Source: Acidimicrobiia bacterium
Lineage (GTDB): Bacteria; Actinomycetota; Acidimicrobiia; Acidimicrobiales; SZUA-35
Direction: 5' to 3'
NCBI GenBank assembly: GCA_029861725.1
Contig: JAOTYQ010000001.1
Location: 1 to 39,943, forward strand
Length of the DNA stretch: 39,943 nucleotides
Each line of letters starts with the position of its first letter. The first letter of the stretch is position 1. The translations under genes and the position numbers were made by a program. The notes under the pieces are model-generated. The model was not told where the DNA came from and did no database searches. It saw nothing but the letters and a program-made list of their open reading frames with translations. Below are positions 24,776 to 32,566 of this stretch, one piece after another.

Positions 24776-25732
24776 TCAGAAGACGGCGAGCGGGTTGACG
24801 GGACTGCCCGTCACCCCGACGAACCGGATCGGCGACAGCACGAACTGGAACTCCCACCGGGACCGGGACTCGCAAGCGGCGGCGAGGTCTTCGAGCTGGC
24901 AGTTGTCGATCAGCCAGAGGCCCATGGCCACGATGCCGACCATGTGGACCGGCATCGAGACGTTCCGGTAGCCCGACGGGGTCGGGTCCTGAGCGACGTC
25001 CGACCCGATCATGGCGATGCCCCGCTCGTGGAGCCAGGGCAGGCACGCCGCTTGGTAGCCGGAACGGGGCTTGTTGGCGTTGTACTCCCGTTTCTCGGCT
25101 CGCCGGGCCCCACCCTCGCCGGTGCGCACCAGCAGTACATCGCCAGGCTCGCACCGGAGGCCGGCCGCATCCTCGGCCGCCTCGAGATCCTCGGGGTAGA
25201 TGTGGTCGTCGGCATCGAGCACGTCGACGCCGCGGAGGCGGGCGATGTCGAGCAGGACGCCCCTGGTGGTGACGCCGTGCTGGACCGCCAGGACGTCGTG
25301 CTTGAGCGCGCCTTGGCGGTCCGACACCAGCGACGCCGGCGCACCGCCGTACATCTTTCCGTCCCAGAACAGGTGGGCGAGGGAGTCGAGGTGGGTGACG
25401 TCGAGACCGTGGAACACCATCCCGATGTACTCCTGGGCCCCGCCGGCCCGACCGCCGTCCAACAACCCCCGCCGGCCCTCGTCGTCGAGGCCGAGCCCGG
25501 TAGACAGCATGTACCGCTGCGACTCGACGGTGGCCCCCGGCTGGCGGCCGGTGCGGATGTCCCAGCTGCACGACACCGAGGTCCCCTCGGTGACGAGCCC
25601 GGCCGCCGCGACCCGCTTCTCCGGGCTCAGGTGGTTCAACGTTCCCAACCGGTCGTCGTCCCCCCACCGGCCCCAGTTCGACAGCTCGTCGAACCAGGTC
25701 AGGACCTGTTCCTCGGACGGTGGTGTCGCCAT
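24776..25732 (-). CDS. Cyclase family protein (kynurenine formamidase-like fold)
   Basis: ORF 24776..26365, trimmed to Met212 (MATPPSEEQVLTWFDELSNWGRWG) with a GAGGGGGA RBS. HGLDVTHLDSLAH matches the HxGTHxDxPxH-type metal motif region. Confidence 0.8.
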   Translation of the reverse strand: MATPPSEEQVLTWFDELSNWGRWGDDDRLGTLNHLSPEKRVAAAGLVTEGTSVSCSWDIRTGRQPGATVESQRYMLSTGLGLDDEGRRGLLDGGRAGGAQEYIGMVFHGLDVTHLDSLAHLFWDGKMYGGAPASLVSDRQGALKHDVLAVQHGVTTRGVLLDIARLRGVDVLDADDHIYPEDLEAAEDAAGLRCEPGDVLLVRTGEGGARRAEKREYNANKPRSGYQAACLPWLHERGIAMIGSDVAQDPTPSGYRNVSMPVHMVGIVAMGLWLIDNCQLEDLAAACESRSRWEFQFVLSPIRFVGVTGSPVNPLAVF

Positions 25733-25818
25733 GTTCCCCCTCGGTATCGCTCGGGTCGGCACGCCGCCAGTGCCCGTTTCCCGGACGACGTTAACCGGTG
25801 GACCGGCGGCCGGTACAG

Positions 25819-27012
25819 CTACGGCGGTCCCGGATCGCGGGGGAGCCCGAGTGCCCTCTCGGCCAGGTGGTTCCGCTGGATCTCGTCGGTCCCGCCGGCG
25901 ATCGACAGCGACGGCGAGTTGAGGGCGAAGTACTGGAATGCGGGCGACCATGCATCGTCGCCGACGAGCGCCCCCCACGGGCCCTGGACTGCGAGGCCGG
26001 TGTCGCGCTGGCCTCGGGTCAGCTCGGAGACGGTGAGCTTGCTGATCGGTCCGACCGCTCGAGGCGAGGGGGCGGCGGTACCCGACCGGCGGTTGGTCTG
26101 GGTCATCAGCTGGCGCTCGCTCCACAAGCGGGCGAGATCCTGGCGAACGAGGGGGTCGTCGCCCCGCCCGGATCGGGCCACCAGGTCGGTCAGGAGGCGC
26201 CCGACGCCCCGGCCGGCCGACGCTGCGGTCCGATGCTGCCGGAGGCGCTCCAGCGTCTCGCCCGCCGGCCGGTCGAGATCGACCCGACCGAACGGTCCGC
26301 CCTCGTGGGCGGCCGGGTTGTAGGAGTTCTTCTCGTGGGCGAGAAAGGTCCGGGTCACCCCCCACCCTTCGCCATCGGCGCCGAGCCGATCACCGGCCAG
26401 CACCCGTGCCCGATCGAAGAACACCTGGTTGAAGCGGGCGTCGCCGGTCATCTGCCTCAGGGGGCGAACGTCGACCCCGGGCTGGTCCCGGGCGATGAGG
26501 AAGAACGTCAAACCGTGGTGCTTCGGGGCACCGGGGTCGGTTCGGGCCAGGAGCATCCCGTAGTCGACGACATCGGCGTTGGACGTCCACACCTTCGAGC
26601 CGCTGACCCGCCACTCGTCGCCGTCGGGCTCGGCGATCGTTTGCACGTTGGCGAGGTCGGAGCCGGCCTCGGGCTCGGACAGCATCTGGCAGAACACCCA
26701 GCCCTCGGCTGCCATGCCCCACAGGAAGCGTCCGCACTGGTCGTCGGTGCCGTGCTCGAACAGCATCGGCGCCAACAGCGTCGGCCCGATGCCCGACGGC
26801 GGGCCGAGCGCCCCGGCTCGCTGCCGCTCCTCCCGGACGATCCTCGCCTGCGGGGTGGTCAGCGCCCGGCCCCACCAGCGCTCCGGCCAGGTCGGGTAGG
26901 CCCAGCGCTCCTCGGTCATCGACCGATACCACTCGCCGGTCGGGCGCTCGGGATCCCAGGTGGCTTCGTACCAAGACCTCGCCTCCCGCCGCAGCGCCGA
27001 GTCGGTGGCCAC
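25819..27012 (-). CDS. Acyl-CoA dehydrogenase family protein (FadE-like)
   Basis: GTG start 2 nt after the upstream stop. FCQMLSEPEAGSDLA, WRVSGSKVWTSNA, GGTDEIQRNHLAERALGLP. Confidence 0.85.
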   Translation of the reverse strand: MATDSALRREARSWYEATWDPERPTGEWYRSMTEERWAYPTWPERWWGRALTTPQARIVREERQRAGALGPPSGIGPTLLAPMLFEHGTDDQCGRFLWGMAAEGWVFCQMLSEPEAGSDLANVQTIAEPDGDEWRVSGSKVWTSNADVVDYGMLLARTDPGAPKHHGLTFFLIARDQPGVDVRPLRQMTGDARFNQVFFDRARVLAGDRLGADGEGWGVTRTFLAHEKNSYNPAAHEGGPFGRVDLDRPAGETLERLRQHRTAASAGRGVGRLLTDLVARSGRGDDPLVRQDLARLWSERQLMTQTNRRSGTAAPSPRAVGPISKLTVSELTRGQRDTGLAVQGPWGALVGDDAWSPAFQYFALNSPSLSIAGGTDEIQRNHLAERALGLPRDPGPP

Positions 27013-27014
27013 GA

Positions 27015-28382
27015 TCAGACGCTGTCGTCGTGGCGACCGACGACCTCGTCGAGCCGCTGGTGGAAGTGCCGGAGCCGGATCTCCTGGTAGTCACTCAAGG
27101 TGATCGTGCGATGGCGGGCCGCTCGTAGTCCCCGCTGGACTCGGGGCAGGTTGTCCATGTCCTGGTCGATCACCATGCCGAGGCTCTCGAAGCCGGGGGC
27201 CCTCGTCCACGACTCGCCGGGCTCCAGCCAGAAGGGTTCGGCGGTCTCCCACTCGCCGCCATCGGGCTTGGGGTGCAGCAGCATGATCTCCATGAGCGAC
27301 CGGTTCGGATCGTCGCCCCAGGGCCGGAACCGGTACGTGATCGGGATCGCGTAGCCGGCCCAGGGAAAGAAGTTGGGGAACACGAAGTACTGGATGCTGT
27401 CGAGCATCGCTGCCTCCGACGCGTCCGACAGGTCACAGCGCCACCGCCGGCCGAGCGACTCCCGGAACCGGTCGGCCAGCCACGGCCGGGCGTCGACCTC
27501 GTCCGGGACCTCCCGCCGGTCCTGGGCCGGGAGCATCTTCTGGATGACCGAGGCCATCTCGGCCTGCCCCACCTGGCCGATCAAGTGGTTGGCCGGCACG
27601 GCCAGGGGCTGGATCAACCGGCTGACGTTGGGGTCGAACACGTCGTAGGCGCAGTCGAAGTCGTTGGCGAAGCGGACAGTGTGGGGATGGGTGGTCGAAA
27701 CGTGGTAGCCCTCCATGAACGCCTCCTGGGTGGTCTTCCAGTTGGCGTCGACGACCTGGCAGGCGTGGTGGGCTACGTAGCGGTCATCGAGGGGATAGGG
27801 GGCGAAGTGCTCATCGAGCGATGCCGCGTAGTCATCGAACGGCGGAGCCGTCCCATCGGGGTTCACGAGGACGAACCCTCCCCAGGTGGCGACCGCGGCC
27901 TCGGGCAAGCAGAAGCCGGGCCCGTCCACGTGGGGGAAGTCCCACGAGGCCGGCATGCCTCGGAACGTGCCGTCGATGCTCCACGTGAACCCGTGGAACG
28001 GGCACCGGAACACTGCGCTGTTGCCCCGCCCTTCGACGAGCGTCGTTCCACGATGGAGGCACGAGTTGTGGAACGCCTTGAGCCCGGTCGCCGAGACCCT
28101 GACGACGATGATCGACAGATCACCGATCTCGTAGACGAGGTGATCGCCGGTCTCGGGGAGGTGCTCGAGCCGGCACGCCATCTGCCATGTGCTCGGCCAG
28201 AGGTGGCGCATCTCGAGCTCGTGGTACGCCCGGCTCGTGTAGCGGGCGATCTCGATCTCGTCGGTGTCGATCCACTCGTAGGCCTCGGCCCGCAGCGGCG
28301 CCGGCGCCGGTGTCCGGTCGTCGCCGAGGATCGACGTGTAGGCCGGTCCGCTCGAGCGGGCCGCTCCCCGTTGCGTGGTCAT
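27015..28382 (-). CDS. Rieske [2Fe-2S] non-heme-iron oxygenase, alpha subunit type
   Basis: Rieske motif CLHRGTTL...CPFHGFTW. Mononuclear iron region EAFMEGYHVSTTHPH. No beta subunit, ferredoxin or reductase gene in the window. Confidence 0.85.
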   Translation of the reverse strand: MTTQRGAARSSGPAYTSILGDDRTPAPAPLRAEAYEWIDTDEIEIARYTSRAYHELEMRHLWPSTWQMACRLEHLPETGDHLVYEIGDLSIIVVRVSATGLKAFHNSCLHRGTTLVEGRGNSAVFRCPFHGFTWSIDGTFRGMPASWDFPHVDGPGFCLPEAAVATWGGFVLVNPDGTAPPFDDYAASLDEHFAPYPLDDRYVAHHACQVVDANWKTTQEAFMEGYHVSTTHPHTVRFANDFDCAYDVFDPNVSRLIQPLAVPANHLIGQVGQAEMASVIQKMLPAQDRREVPDEVDARPWLADRFRESLGRRWRCDLSDASEAAMLDSIQYFVFPNFFPWAGYAIPITYRFRPWGDDPNRSLMEIMLLHPKPDGGEWETAEPFWLEPGESWTRAPGFESLGMVIDQDMDNLPRVQRGLRAARHRTITLSDYQEIRLRHFHQRLDEVVGRHDDSV

Positions 28383-28497
28383 GATGCTCCCCTTCTGCCT
28401 GGCCGATCGTACTGCGCCCCTCGAACCCGCACCCAGCTGTCCGAGATGGTCGCCGCCCAGGATGCGCCCGCTGGCGAGGGCATGAGAGCATCAAGAG
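28383..28497. promoter_or_regulatory. Divergent intergenic region (Rieske operon <-> CoA-transferase)
   Basis: Inferred from the arrangement only. Confidence 0.35.
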
Positions 28498-30966
28498 GTG
28501 CTCTCTCCGTATCGCGTGCTCGACCTGACCGACGAGCGGGGCCATCTCTGCGGCTACATCCTCGGTGCGCTGGGGGCGGAGGTCATCGCCGTCGAGCCGC
28601 CCGGCGGGTCCCGGGCCCGGACCCTCGGTCCGTTCGTCGACGACGTCGCGCACCCGGAGCGATCGCTGACCCACTTCGCCTACAACCGGGGCAAGCGGTC
28701 GGTGGTCCTCGACCTCGAGACCGAAACCGACCGCAAACGACTGCGACGGCTGGCGGCGACCAGCGACGTGCTGATCGAGTCGGCCACCCCGGGGCGCATG
28801 GCCGAGCTCGGGCTCGGGTGGGCCGATCTTTCGGGCGACGTGCCCGGCCTGGTCTACGTGTCGGTGTCCGCCTTCGGCCAGACCGGACCGAAGGCGACAT
28901 GGGCGGCCACCGACCTGACGATCATGGCGAGCGCGGCCACCCTATCGGTCACCGGCGACGACGACCGTCCTCCGGTCCGGCTCCGGGTGCCCCAGGGGTT
29001 CCACTTCGGGGCCGCATCGGCCGCCGCCGGTGCCATCATCGCCCTGATCGAGCGGGCTCGGTCCGGGTCGGGTCAACACGTCGACGCCGCCGCTCAGTGG
29101 ACGGCGACCCTTGGCACCCAGGCCGGTCTCCTGTCGACCGGCGTGGGGGCCCCCGACCCCAAGCGGTCGGCCGGCGGGGCCGTCACCGGCGATATCCGGC
29201 TCCGCCTCGTCTACCCGGCCGCCGACGGCTACGTGTCGATCACCCACGTGTTCGGGATGCCGATCGGGCAGAACACCGCCCGGTTGATGGAGTGGGTCCA
29301 CGCCGAGGGCTTCTGCGATCGGGAGCTACGCGACAAGGACTGGGTCGGCTACCTCGATCTGCTCGAGTCGGGCGTGGAGCCGATCGAGGAGTGGGAGCGG
29401 GCGAAGGCCGCAGTCGAGGCGTTCACCTCGTCGAAGACCAAGGACGAGCTGCTGGCGGGAGCGATGGAGCGGGGCCTACTCATGGCCCCGATCTCGACCA
29501 CGGCCGACGTGCTCGCCAGCGAGCAACTCGCCGCTCGGGGCTTCTTCGAAGAGGTCGAGCATCCCGAGACCGGCCGGTCGATCGTCGTGCCCGGAGCGTT
29601 CGCCAAGTGCAGCGCAACCCCGCTGCGGCCCCTGGGGCCAGCGCCCCGACTCGGCCAGCACGATCGGGAGATCCTCAATGGCGAGCCGGCCGGGCGCGAG
29701 CGAGCCGATGGGGCCGCCCGGTCCGAGAGGACCACGGAGCTCGATCGGCGGCTCGGAGGCGGTCAGCCGCTGAGTGGCCTGCGGGTCCTCGACTTCACGT
29801 GGTCGATCGCCGCCCCCCACAGCGTGCGGATCCTGGCCGACTTCGGGGCCACCGTGGTCAAGATCGAGTCGGCGACCAAGCAGGACGCGGCCCGGGGCTA
29901 CCGTCCCGTCCACGACAACGAGGCCGGTATCGAGAACTCGGCTCTGTTCGACACGATGGCGGCGGGGAAGCGGAGCCTGGCGCTCGACCTGTCGAAGCCA
30001 GGCGCGCTCGACGTGGTACGGGACTTGGTCCGGTGGTGCGACGTGGTGATCGAGAGCTACTCGCCGAAGGCGATGGCCAAGTGGGGCCTCGACTACGAGA
30101 ACCTCCGAGCGATCAAGCCCGATGTGGTGATGGTGTCGACCTGTCTCGCCGGCCAGACCGGACCCCTCGCGTCGTTCGCCGGCTACGGCAACCTCGGTGC
30201 CGCGTTCGCCGGCTTCTACGGCCTCGCCGGCTGGCCCGACCGCCCACCGGCCGGGCCGTTCGGGGCCTACACCGACTACACGTCGACTCATCTCCTTGCG
30301 GCGACGATGCTCGCCGCGATCGACCACCGGCGCCGCACCGGCGAGGGCCAGCACATCGACCTCGCCCAATCCGAAGCAGCCCAGCACTTCCTCACGCCGG
30401 CGCTGCTCGACGCCAGCGTCAACGGGAGGGTGATGGAGCGGGCCGGGAATCGCGACCCCCACCTAGCGCCCCACGGCGTCTACCCGACTGCCGGCGACGA
30501 CCGGTGGATCGCCATCGCTTGCGAGGACGACGACCGCTGGCGGGCACTGGCGGCGGCGATGGACCGCCCGGACCTCGCATGCGACCCAGCGCTGGCAACC
30601 GCCGCCGGACGGGTCGGACGAGCCGCCGAGCTCGACGACGTCGTGGCCGCCTGGACCTCGTCGCTCGACGGTGCCGGGCTGGCCGAGCGACTCCAGCGTT
30701 CGGGGGTGGCGGCCCACATCGTGGCCGAGGGTGCCGACTGCCTGGCCGATCCGCAGCTGGCTCACGCCGGGCATTTCGTTCGCCTCGACCACCCGAACCG
30801 GCCGTGCCTGATCGAGAACACGAGGTTCCGTCTCTCCCGGACCCCGAGCCGGGTCGAGGCCCGGGCCCCGTTCCTCGGCGAGCACACGTGGGAGGCGCTG
30901 ACCGAGATCCTCGGCTACGACGAGGACCGGGTGGCAGAGCTGGCGGCGGCCGAGCTGCTGGAGTGA
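28498..30966 (+). CDS. Tandem-fused family III (CaiB/BaiF) CoA-transferase, two complete domains
   Basis: Domain 1 starts YRVLDLTDERGHLCGYILGALGAEVIAVE. Domain 2 starts LRVLDFTWSIAAPHSVRILADFGATVVKIE (about residue 428). Both have the GQTGP...TG core. GTG start. Confidence 0.85.
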   Translation: MLSPYRVLDLTDERGHLCGYILGALGAEVIAVEPPGGSRARTLGPFVDDVAHPERSLTHFAYNRGKRSVVLDLETETDRKRLRRLAATSDVLIESATPGRMAELGLGWADLSGDVPGLVYVSVSAFGQTGPKATWAATDLTIMASAATLSVTGDDDRPPVRLRVPQGFHFGAASAAAGAIIALIERARSGSGQHVDAAAQWTATLGTQAGLLSTGVGAPDPKRSAGGAVTGDIRLRLVYPAADGYVSITHVFGMPIGQNTARLMEWVHAEGFCDRELRDKDWVGYLDLLESGVEPIEEWERAKAAVEAFTSSKTKDELLAGAMERGLLMAPISTTADVLASEQLAARGFFEEVEHPETGRSIVVPGAFAKCSATPLRPLGPAPRLGQHDREILNGEPAGRERADGAARSERTTELDRRLGGGQPLSGLRVLDFTWSIAAPHSVRILADFGATVVKIESATKQDAARGYRPVHDNEAGIENSALFDTMAAGKRSLALDLSKPGALDVVRDLVRWCDVVIESYSPKAMAKWGLDYENLRAIKPDVVMVSTCLAGQTGPLASFAGYGNLGAAFAGFYGLAGWPDRPPAGPFGAYTDYTSTHLLAATMLAAIDHRRRTGEGQHIDLAQSEAAQHFLTPALLDASVNGRVMERAGNRDPHLAPHGVYPTAGDDRWIAIACEDDDRWRALAAAMDRPDLACDPALATAAGRVGRAAELDDVVAAWTSSLDGAGLAERLQRSGVAAHIVAEGADCLADPQLAHAGHFVRLDHPNRPCLIENTRFRLSRTPSRVEARAPFLGEHTWEALTEILGYDEDRVAELAAAELLE

Positions 30967-30984
30967 CGCCGGCACGCACCGGCG
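30967..30984 (+). terminator. Possible stem-loop directly after the CoA-transferase stop
   Basis: cgccgg-cacgca-ccggcg, a perfect 6-bp GC stem with no U-tract. Such stems are common by chance at this GC content. Confidence 0.25.
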
Positions 30985-31052
30985 GCCGAGTGGCGACGTC
31001 GAGCTTGGCCCGGTTTTGGTGGGACCGTAGCCGGCGCGGCTAGAACGGCTGG

Positions 31053-32543
31053 GTGACACCGGTCGACGCTGCGCCGCCCGACAACCGGAAGTGGCGAGCG
31101 TTCGCCGCGATCGGCGTGGCCTTCGTCACCAACGTGCTGGCGATGAGCATGGTGTTCGTCGCCCTGCCCTCGATCGCCGACGACTTCGGCATCACGCTCC
31201 GGGCCGTTGCCTGGGTGGTGATCGCCCAGTCGCTCACGATCAGCTCGCTGATGCTGCCGATGGGTCGGGTAGCCGACATGGTCGGCCGGAGGCGCATGCA
31301 TCTGCTCGGCCTCACGCTGTTCGGCGTTGGTGCGCTGGCCGTGGCGCTGGCCCCCACCTTCGAGCTCCTGATCGCGGCTCGGGTGCTGATGGCGATCGGC
31401 AACGCGATGGGTCAATCGGTCGGCACGGCGATGGTGGTGGCGGTCTTCCCCCAGCACGAGCGGGGCAAGGCGATCGGCAGCCAGACGACGGCGGTGGCGA
31501 TCGGCGGCGCGTCGGGTCCGATCTTCGGCGGCCTCATCCTCCAGGTCCTGCCGTGGGAGGCGATGTTCCTCCTCCTCCTGATACCGATCACGATCGCCCT
31601 CGTCGCCGGCTACCGCATCCTCGACGAGGAGCTCGTTGGCTCGACCCCGGTCGGTAGCCGTCCCCCGTTCGACTGGGCTGGGGCCGGGCTGTCGGCGGTC
31701 ATGGTCGTGGCGCTGGTGCTGACGGTCAACAACCCGCTCGCCGTCGCTTGGACCTCGCCGGTCATCATCGGCGGTGCGGCGGCCGTCGTGCTGCTGTTCG
31801 TGGCCTGGTCGCGCTGGGAGCTCCGCACCCCTGACCCGATGCTCGAGCTGGGACTGTTCCGCGACCGTGTGTTCAGCTTCGCCGTCGGGGCCAGGCTCGC
31901 GGGGTTCATGGGCTCCACGGTCGTGTTCTTCCTCGCCCCGATCTTCCTGATCAGCCTCCGGGGCATGAGCGCCGCAGGGGCGGCCGGGGTGCTGTTCTTG
32001 AACTCGGCGGGGATGGGCGTCGCCGCCCAGTTCTCGGGCCGGCTGTCCGATCGGTTCGGGTCCCGTGGCCTATCGCTTGCCGGCTTCTCGCTGCTCGCGG
32101 CGATGGGACTGTGGTTGTCGACGATGGGGCGGACGACACCGTTGACGGTCGTGATGCCCGTGATATTCGCCACCGGCCTGTCGCTAGGGACGTGGAACGT
32201 ACCGAACAACAGCACGATCATGGGGTCGGTCTCGGCGAGCCGGCATGGCGTCGTCGGGGCGCTCACGAACCTGATCCGGAATATCGGCAACGTCGTTGGC
32301 CAGGCGATGGTCTCTGCGGTGGTAGTCGGCGTCATGGTGTCGCGCGGCTTCGACATCCCACTGAGTGAGATCGCCGACTCGGTGCCGGCCGGCGAGGCCT
32401 TCGTCGCCGGATGGCAGTGGTCGTTCCGGTTCGTCGCGCTCCTCGGCGTCCTGGGTATCGCGCTCACGGCCGCCGGCGGACAGCGGGCCCGCACCCCGTC
32501 CGAGTTCGAGTCGGCACCTGCCGCGTCGGCTACCGCTCGGTGA
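31053..32543 (+). CDS. MFS transporter, DHA2 (14-TM drug:H+ antiporter-like) type
   Basis: WRAFAAIGVAFVTNVLAMSMVFVALPSIADDFG, MLPMGRVADMVGRR motif, hydrophobic across 496 aa. GTG start. Confidence 0.85.
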   Translation: MTPVDAAPPDNRKWRAFAAIGVAFVTNVLAMSMVFVALPSIADDFGITLRAVAWVVIAQSLTISSLMLPMGRVADMVGRRRMHLLGLTLFGVGALAVALAPTFELLIAARVLMAIGNAMGQSVGTAMVVAVFPQHERGKAIGSQTTAVAIGGASGPIFGGLILQVLPWEAMFLLLLIPITIALVAGYRILDEELVGSTPVGSRPPFDWAGAGLSAVMVVALVLTVNNPLAVAWTSPVIIGGAAAVVLLFVAWSRWELRTPDPMLELGLFRDRVFSFAVGARLAGFMGSTVVFFLAPIFLISLRGMSAAGAAGVLFLNSAGMGVAAQFSGRLSDRFGSRGLSLAGFSLLAAMGLWLSTMGRTTPLTVVMPVIFATGLSLGTWNVPNNSTIMGSVSASRHGVVGALTNLIRNIGNVVGQAMVSAVVVGVMVSRGFDIPLSEIADSVPAGEAFVAGWQWSFRFVALLGVLGIALTAAGGQRARTPSEFESAPAASATAR

Positions 32544-32566
32544 CGCCCTTTTGGGGGGTTCCCTGG

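Noticed and set aside
27273-31043. 1256-aa ORF on the + strand, the longest in the track
   Set aside because: Its translation is low-complexity Arg/Pro/Gly/Asp-rich with no recognisable domain. The first third is antisense to a clearly real Rieske oxygenase gene. The rest is out of frame with the clearly real CoA-transferase gene on the same strand. This is a typical stop-codon-poor alternative frame of high-GC DNA.
32544-32566. Short ccc-tttt-ggg(g) hairpin between the convergent MFS and sulfatase genes, plus similar 4-bp stems at 10501..10513 and a CCCGGG palindrome in 6694..6722, considered as bidirectional terminators
   Set aside because: The stems are only 3-4 bp with no flanking U/A tracts. 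They are indistinguishable from chance in this composition.
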